Positions 59,027 to 64,000 of a DNA stretch of 64,000 bases are shown piece after piece. The translations under genes and the position numbers were made by a program. This DNA comes from an uncultured virus (IMG/VR IMGVR_UViG_3300028805_000097). Its lineage: Duplodnaviria > Heunggongvirae > Uroviricota > Caudoviricetes. Each line of letters opens with the position of its first letter. The first letter of the stretch is position 1. The notes below the pieces were generated by a model that did not search any database, was not told where the DNA came from, and was given only the letters and a program-made list of their open reading frames with translations. The stretch spans positions 1 to 64,000 of the IMG/VR virus record IMGVR_UViG_3300028805_000097. One strand, given 5' to 3'.

Positions 59027-59302
59027 AACCGCAGGCTGGCAGGATGCAGGCTGGGTGTGCTGGTGTACTACCCAGCTGGTACACTGGTTCGCCTATATAT
59101 AGATTAATATATATTATAGCGTGTGGGTGCGTAGCTGAGGTTATGCTGGCGACACATTATCCAGCACGTCACGATACCTTGTGCTGACTCTCGTGTGCTC
59201 GTGTTGCCAGCACACTTACCTGCCTTCGTGCTCGTGTTGTGTAGGGAGGCACGCCTGGGCTGCTCCTGGAGGGTGCACCACCCGCATACACATTACGTAT
59301 TA

Positions 59303-59318
59303 TGTTTCACGTGAAACA
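59303..59318. promoter_or_regulatory. parS: parS (chromosomal ParB/Spo0J-binding palindrome)
   Basis: Exact TGTTTCACGTGAAACA in noncoding DNA. Confidence 0.8.
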
Positions 59319-59347
59319 CGTGAGACAATTGAGACACGTACACACAT

Positions 59348-59493
59348 AAAGAAAAATCCTGCTTATCTTCTCAGACCAGCAGGATAAAACCTAAAACCAT
59401 GAAAAACATGAATAACTAAAAACCTTTTGAATATTATTATGAGCAAATCGAGTTGTATCTTCCTATATATGTTGTAATGTACTTTTTTAAGTC
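59348..59493 (-). ncRNA. Candidate sRNA, unit 2
   Basis: Starts GACTTAAAAAAGTACAT; ends in a hairpin containing GTCTGAGAAGATA plus U-tract. Confidence 0.5.
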
Positions 59494-59497
59494 CTTT

Positions 59498-59601
59498 ATA
59501 AAAACTTATCTATCTTCGCAGACTGATAAGTTATTGATTAACTAATCCAAAACAAAATATAATGTGTTATGCCTATGTACCTTTATGTACTTTTTTAAGT
59601 C
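59498..59601 (-). ncRNA. Candidate sRNA, unit 1
   Basis: Directly behind promoter TAACTTTGCA (59604-59613); same 17-nt 5' end; hairpin containing GTCTGCGAAGATA plus U-tract. Confidence 0.55.
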
Positions 59602-59715
59602 GGTGCAAAGTTACACATTTTCCATGTAATAACCAAATCCCTTAACATTTATTATATATTATGCAGGGTACACCTTATCGTATTTCTTCTCACATTTGGA
59701 GTTGTAGAAAGTAAC

Positions 59716-59943
59716 TTAACGTGCCATAAATCTCGGTGAACCACCACGATGAGTGTCGATGTAGTAAACATCTTCCTTTACATCAGTCTTTTCGTAGGTA
59801 ACTTTCTCACCCATTAGTTTGGCTGCCCTCTTGCATTCTTTTACCGCTTCCCAATCGCAGCCAGTAGTCGTGCGATAATTCCAATCACCTCGCCACCAAT
59901 CTACCGAATATATGTTGGTCTTCTTTACAATCTTTCTTGCCAT
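59716..59943 (-). CDS. Small hypothetical early protein
   Basis: Operon ORF. Confidence 0.6.
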   Translation of the reverse strand: MARKIVKKTNIYSVDWWRGDWNYRTTTGCDWEAVKECKRAAKLMGEKVTYEKTDVKEDVYYIDTHRGGSPRFMAR

Positions 59944-59947
59944 AGTC

Positions 59948-60163
59948 TTAACTCTCTGCTATCATGTCTAATAACTCTTGTAAACTTAACTCTTCGTAAG
60001 CCTTGTTACCTCTGGAGATAAACAATGGCTTATGGGTTTCGTGGAATCTCTCCAGAGCCATAAGTAATGACTTCTGGGAATCAGCATTAAACCACTGCGT
60101 TTCTCTATCCAGAATCTTACCGCTTTTTGTTTGCCCTAATCCTACTCTAATAACGTTTGCCAT
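59948..60163 (-). CDS. Small hypothetical early protein (start MANVIR)
   Basis: AT-rich leader before ATG at 60163. Confidence 0.55.
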   Translation of the reverse strand: MANVIRVGLGQTKSGKILDRETQWFNADSQKSLLMALERFHETHKPLFISRGNKAYEELSLQELLDMIAES

Positions 60164-60167
60164 AATT

Positions 60168-60518
60168 TTAATTATTTTCAATAAAAAATACATCCGTGTA
60201 ATTACCTCCCATAAACTTCGGGGTTAACTTCTGTCTGCCCTTAAAGTCCTCCATTGCTTCTGTCCTATCGTTGAAATAGGTAATGTTCTGATAACCTACC
60301 AAGCCATTGTTATAGCGGATGGATGCAGGGACACCAAATCTATTCTCATATTTTTCCCCACAATCCACTTTAACCTCTGTGTAGGCTACTGCATACTTGC
60401 AAGCATTAAAAGAGCCACTAAAGACCTTTTTCTTGTCCTCTCCGATAACGTAATAGTTGTTATCAACACTGAAAGAAATTCGCTTGCCCTCTGTTGTAAA
60501 TGATTGCCTTGCTCTCAT
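60168..60518 (-). CDS. Hypothetical early protein
   Basis: Operon ORF. Confidence 0.6.
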   Translation of the reverse strand: MRARQSFTTEGKRISFSVDNNYYVIGEDKKKVFSGSFNACKYAVAYTEVKVDCGEKYENRFGVPASIRYNNGLVGYQNITYFNDRTEAMEDFKGRQKLTPKFMGGNYTDVFFIENN

Positions 60519-60532
60519 AACCTTATATGTTT

Positions 60533-60634
60533 TTAATCGTTCTTACCACAAGCAATCCAGCCAATCGGTTTACCATCGTAGGCGTAGCCTATTGCCTTGT
60601 GCTTGATTCCGTTAATATACTTATACTTCTTCAT
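60533..60634 (-). CDS. 33-aa microprotein (not in ORF track)
   Basis: MKKYKYINGIKHKAIGYAYDGKPIGWIACGKND; ATGA-coupled to upstream ORF. Confidence 0.45.
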   Translation of the reverse strand: MKKYKYINGIKHKAIGYAYDGKPIGWIACGKND

Positions 60635-60936
60635 GACCTTATATCAATATTGTTAAACAATTTAGATGAATCCCACATATTTCTGTTCTCGTCCTCGCAC
60701 CACTTGTCGTATTGGTCGCAGGATAATCTTTCTTCAAGTTCCACCTTGAACACGCATACCTTTTCGCACACGTATTGGTAGAGTAACCTATTCGCTTTCT
60801 TTCTTGCGCTCTCGAAGTATTGGTAGCACTTCGGATAACGTCTAAAGAACCATGCTAAGACGTTACCTTCTTGCAGGGTGCATCCAACACCATCAATGAA
60901 CACCACTACGATGTATCTAACCTTGCTCTTATCCAT
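60631..60936 (-). CDS. Hypothetical early protein
   Basis: Promoter at 60961-60970. Confidence 0.6.
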   Translation of the reverse strand: MDKSKVRYIVVVFIDGVGCTLQEGNVLAWFFRRYPKCYQYFESARKKANRLLYQYVCEKVCVFKVELEERLSCDQYDKWCEDENRNMWDSSKLFNNIDIRS

Positions 60937-61068
60937 AACTCATGTTTGTTAAATTGATAGTGCAAAGTTACACATTATCCAGCATATATCCAAATTATTT
61001 AATATTATTTAATAAAAATGACTGACCCTATTCGCATAGAGCCAGCCACCAAATATGAAAAACGAAAA

Positions 61069-61758
61069 TCACATTCCTTCCCTAAACACCTTCTTGTATA
61101 TGGTAATAAGTTCCTCTTCGGTCTTGCCTTCCAAGTCATTGACGTGCTCCTTAGCATAGTTTTCAATAGCTTCCTTGCCATTGCAGTATTGTTTGTATCT
61201 CGGTGTCGTAGTGGCATAAGAGAAAGGCAGGTTACTAAGCCTTAACTCCTTATAGAAATAGTCACACACTGGGTTTACTACCTTGTAGTTCAGTAACTTT
61301 GCTATACGTTGTGCCTGCTCCCTATCTGCTTTCTCAATGTAGGTGTAATACACATACTCTGCAAGGATGCAGCGAATAACGTCTGCCACCTCGTCAGCAT
61401 CATATCTAAAGCTACCCAACCTGCAAGAACCACGATACCCATTGCAGGAATTAAATTCAGTATAGCTGACACTTGTAGATGTATCAGTTTTGTCACCCTG
61501 CACATAGAACATCAGCATTGGTCTATTACCATAGATATACAAGTGCTCGATGGTGCTATCCCAATTGTTTCCTGCCCTGCGGTCAGAATCAATCCAAAAA
61601 TCACCATCATCATTCTTGCACTCACTAATGATGCGAAGGATAGTTGCAGGTGTGGTTTTACGAATCTCCTGCGGTGATGCAGTCTTGATGTAGTGTAAGA
61701 TGTTCTCGGCAGGTGTGTTGCTGAAAACCATTTTGTTAATGTCGATAAACTTTTCCAT
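61069..61758 (-). CDS. Hypothetical early protein (start MEKFID)
   Basis: Promoter at 61786-61795 lies inside the longer predicted ORF. Confidence 0.65.
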   Translation of the reverse strand: MEKFIDINKMVFSNTPAENILHYIKTASPQEIRKTTPATILRIISECKNDDGDFWIDSDRRAGNNWDSTIEHLYIYGNRPMLMFYVQGDKTDTSTSVSYTEFNSCNGYRGSCRLGSFRYDADEVADVIRCILAEYVYYTYIEKADREQAQRIAKLLNYKVVNPVCDYFYKELRLSNLPFSYATTTPRYKQYCNGKEAIENYAKEHVNDLEGKTEEELITIYKKVFREGM

Positions 61759-61786
61759 AATGTTGTTATTTAATTGGTTTGATGCT

Positions 61787-61898
61787 GCAAAGTTACAAAA
61801 AAAGATTGGAATAACCACGTATTACTCCAATCTTTTATAGTTTATTAACAATCAGTGAGGTCTTATCTTGCTGATACTATGGCGTTGCAAGTTCTTAT
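61787..61898. repeat. 112-bp direct repeat, copy 1 (gene end, terminator and promoter)
   Basis: 7 mismatches to 63247-63358 by manual alignment. Confidence 0.9.
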
Positions 61899-62001
61899 TA
61901 AAGTCAGCCTTTACCTCTCTCATGCTCCTGCGTGGCATCATGCTGGGGTAGGGTGCAATCCTTCTCCCTGTAAGCCTGTCGTAAAACCTGTTATCGTTCA
62001 T
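61852..62001 (-). CDS. 49-aa basic microprotein (not in ORF track)
   Basis: MNDNRFYDRLTGRRIAPYPSMMPRRSMREVKADFNKNLQRHSISKIRPH. Confidence 0.5.
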   Translation of the reverse strand: MNDNRFYDRLTGRRIAPYPSMMPRRSMREVKADFNKNLQRHSISKIRPH

Positions 62002-62018
62002 ATATAGTGTATATATTA

Positions 62019-62519
62019 TTAGCGCACGACAATCACCTTCTCGATAATCTTAATGTCCTCATAGTAGTCATCGCTGGGGTCGTTGATATACCAGCGGTCA
62101 TCGTCCTCTTCAATCTCGAACTCTTCTTCCAACTCTTCTGGAGTGTAGTGGTCGTAGTGAGGGGAATCTTGCAGGATAGTGTTCTTTTCGTTCTGTAATA
62201 CCTTTCTTGCAGCCTCCAGAGTAGCGCATGGTACAGCGTTGATAATAATCTCTCCGTCCACGTTACTCTCTTGTAAGACGATGTACGTTTTCTGAAGGCA
62301 ATATGGATGACTTATAACATAGCTGCCCAGCAACAACCTTGCAACCTGTTCCCTGTCAGCTAATGGTATAATCGTGTAGTAATCACGTAACCAATCCATC
62401 AAATCTCCGTAAATGGTCTGGCGTTCACTATCACTCTCCAGACTGCTCTTGTCAAGAAGTTTTTCAACCAAGTTTGGGTACTTGGTCATAATCTCTTGGT
62501 AAATCTCTGATACTCCCAT
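62019..62519 (-). CDS. Hypothetical acidic early protein
   Basis: 166-aa ORF. Confidence 0.6.
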   Translation of the reverse strand: MGVSEIYQEIMTKYPNLVEKLLDKSSLESDSERQTIYGDLMDWLRDYYTIIPLADREQVARLLLGSYVISHPYCLQKTYIVLQESNVDGEIIINAVPCATLEAARKVLQNEKNTILQDSPHYDHYTPEELEEEFEIEEDDDRWYINDPSDDYYEDIKIIEKVIVVR

Positions 62520-62572
62520 AATGATTGCGTATTAAATAACCTACTTGTACTGATTTAAGTACATTTATTTGT

Positions 62573-62821
62573 TTAGTTGTTAATAATGTTTACAATCTGA
62601 TAGCCGTAACACCACTTATGATTATCAAGGCTGAAAGTGTATTCAACACCATGCCCGAAATCTCCAGCCCTATCATCGAAGTTTACTTCGTCGATGGGTT
62701 CACCATACTTTTCGCCACACTCGCATTCCTCAATGGCTACAACCACTGCTACATTGGTTTCTTTATCGTTGGGTAAGCGATATTCAACCTTCGTACCTTT
62801 TTTAATGACTTGTTTCTCCAT
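62573..62821 (-). CDS. Hypothetical early protein (start MEKQVI)
   Basis: Promoter at 62843-62852. Confidence 0.6.
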   Translation of the reverse strand: MEKQVIKKGTKVEYRLPNDKETNVAVVVAIEECECGEKYGEPIDEVNFDDRAGDFGHGVEYTFSLDNHKWCYGYQIVNIINN

Positions 62822-62966
62822 AACTAATAATTGTTTAGACGCTGCAAAGTTACACAAAAACCATGAAATAGCCAAATAATTAGTGTTAAAAAAAATTAAG
62901 GGTGCTGACCGAATTGTCAACACCCTGCATCAACTTATAAGATATGAGCAAAGAAAAGAAATCGTC

Positions 62967-63218
62967 TTATATCATCCGTAGAGTAACCTTTTCAATATCA
63001 CGATGTTTCAAACTAATCTCGAAACAGATGTTGCTATTAAGCCATTCCTCTGGGGTCTTGCAATCTGGCTCGTACATACTCCATAACTCGTAAGTGCCAA
63101 TCACCTCGCCATCATAGAGCATTTCAATCTTCTTGCCATAACCTGTCATTGCGGTCATGTTGTGGTACTTCGTTGCATAGGTCTTAACCTGCTTGCGTAA
63201 TTTTGCAATCTTTTCCAT
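62967..63218 (-). CDS. Hypothetical early protein
   Basis: Promoter at 63246-63255. Confidence 0.6.
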   Translation of the reverse strand: MEKIAKLRKQVKTYATKYHNMTAMTGYGKKIEMLYDGEVIGTYELWSMYEPDCKTPEEWLNSNICFEISLKHRDIEKVTLRMI

Positions 63219-63246
63219 ATAATTCGTTATTTAATTGTTTGATGGG

Positions 63247-63358
63247 GCAAAGTTACGGAAAAAGATTGGAATAACCACGTATTACTCCAATCTTTTATAG
63301 TTTATTAACAATTAATGTGGTCTTGTCTTGCTGATACTATGACGTTGCAAGTTCTTAT
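63247..63358. repeat. 112-bp direct repeat, copy 2
   Basis: Matches 61787-61898. Confidence 0.9.
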
Positions 63359-63968
63359 CACTATCCGTATCGTAGATAGCACGAAGACTCTCCAGTTCTT
63401 TTTCTTCGAACTTTTCCATTTCCAGTATGTAGTCACGCTCTTCCGAAGCACCTTGCCAGTCCAGTTCAGCCTCGAAGCGTAGTGCTGCGCTGCGTACAAG
63501 TTCTACAGCGGTGTCGTAGCCATAGACTCCCGACATATTGTATATCTGTTTGTATATATCGGCAGCAAGCAGGATAAAGGTTTCAGCCAGTTTGAAGGCG
63601 TTGTCTCCAGTTGATTTTACATACGCATTATTCTTTGGGTCGCAATCCAGTTTACCATATTTGAGACAAACGTCATACTGGTTAATCCCGTCATCAATGC
63701 CAGTGTAGTCACAGATGGCATTCTGTTTCCTCGTGCATTCCTTGATACACTCCATCTTAGAGTAAGTCATAAACAGACCGCTACCATCTGTAGCTATAGC
63801 CAGTCCATCGTAGAACTCCATTTCAATTTCACACTCTCCGTTTTCGTCGAACTCGTGGAGTTTGTTAAATGGGTGCTCCAGTTTTCTCAATGCCTTGCGG
63901 TTAGCAGGCGTATCGTACACTATAATGGTGTCGATGTAGTTGGGGATAATTTCAAATGTTCTTTCCAT
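63312..63968 (-). CDS. Hypothetical early protein
   Basis: Promoter at window edge (63993-64000). Confidence 0.65.
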   Translation of the reverse strand: MERTFEIIPNYIDTIIVYDTPANRKALRKLEHPFNKLHEFDENGECEIEMEFYDGLAIATDGSGLFMTYSKMECIKECTRKQNAICDYTGIDDGINQYDVCLKYGKLDCDPKNNAYVKSTGDNAFKLAETFILLAADIYKQIYNMSGVYGYDTAVELVRSAALRFEAELDWQGASEERDYILEMEKFEEKELESLRAIYDTDSDKNLQRHSISKTRPH

Positions 63969-64000
63969 AATACATATAATTTAAATTGACGCTGCAAAGT

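Larger units (their letters stand above)
3618..64000. promoter_or_regulatory. Dispersed Bacteroidota housekeeping-sigma promoters (TAnnTTTG -7 box with upstream TTTG/TTGG)
   Basis: + strand: 26609, 28528, 29052, 29668, 33661, 34590, 37622, 41871, 46921, 49150; - strand: about 3619, 23023, 23879, 55582, 57032, 58865, 59604, 60961, 61786, 62843, 63246, 63993. Confidence 0.85.

Noticed and set aside
61787..63358. Diversity-generating retroelement TR/VR pair
   Set aside because: No reverse transcriptase in the window, the mismatches are not consistently adenine-specific on one strand, and the repeat includes terminator and promoter sequence
1..64000. TAG-to-Gln recoding as in Lak megaphages or some crAss-like phages
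   Set aside because: Conserved genes are uninterrupted in code 11 and several end properly at TAG (prohead protease followed by a terminator, thyA)
1..64000. CRISPR array, tRNA or rRNA genes
   Set aside because: No regularly spaced repeat-spacer array or cloverleaf recognised by eye; a tRNAscan-SE/Infernal run would be needed to exclude them fully

Overview
Segment of a large T4-like (jumbo) phage genome, standard genetic code (TAG is used as a real stop). The host is almost certainly a Bacteroidota (Prevotella/Bacteroides-like), because about 20 transcription units carry the Bacteroidota housekeeping promoter TTTG(G)..TAnnTTTG. Three zones are visible. (1) About 1-19.7 kb is a head/packaging module (prohead protease, portal, large terminase, acidic scaffold-like proteins, a 1335-aa multi-enzyme protein), mostly preceded by a sense-strand TATTTATA box. 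(2) About 19.7-53.4 kb holds metabolic and accessory genes (ThyA, ClpC-like ATPase, lytic transglycosylase, Thg1, nucleotidyltransferase, UvrD helicase, thioredoxin, dNMP kinase, phosphoesterases, RNA ligase, HNH, GNATs). (3) About 54.4-64 kb is compositionally distinct and starts at a G-tract and strand-skew switch; it has promoter-gene-terminator cassettes (sigma70 factor, second UvrD), four nested inverted DNA sites, polarised GCTGG repeats, a perfect parS palindrome and a tandem pair of candidate sRNAs. The most notable candidates are an ArfA/BrfA-like ribosome-rescue ORF read from a nonstop mRNA, the nested inverted sites and parS near the putative origin or terminus, a putative capsid-packaged ART/NTase polyprotein, an A10 frameshift joining two scaffold-like ORFs, and antisense-type sRNAs. 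All functional calls come from motif recognition by eye; no searches were run.
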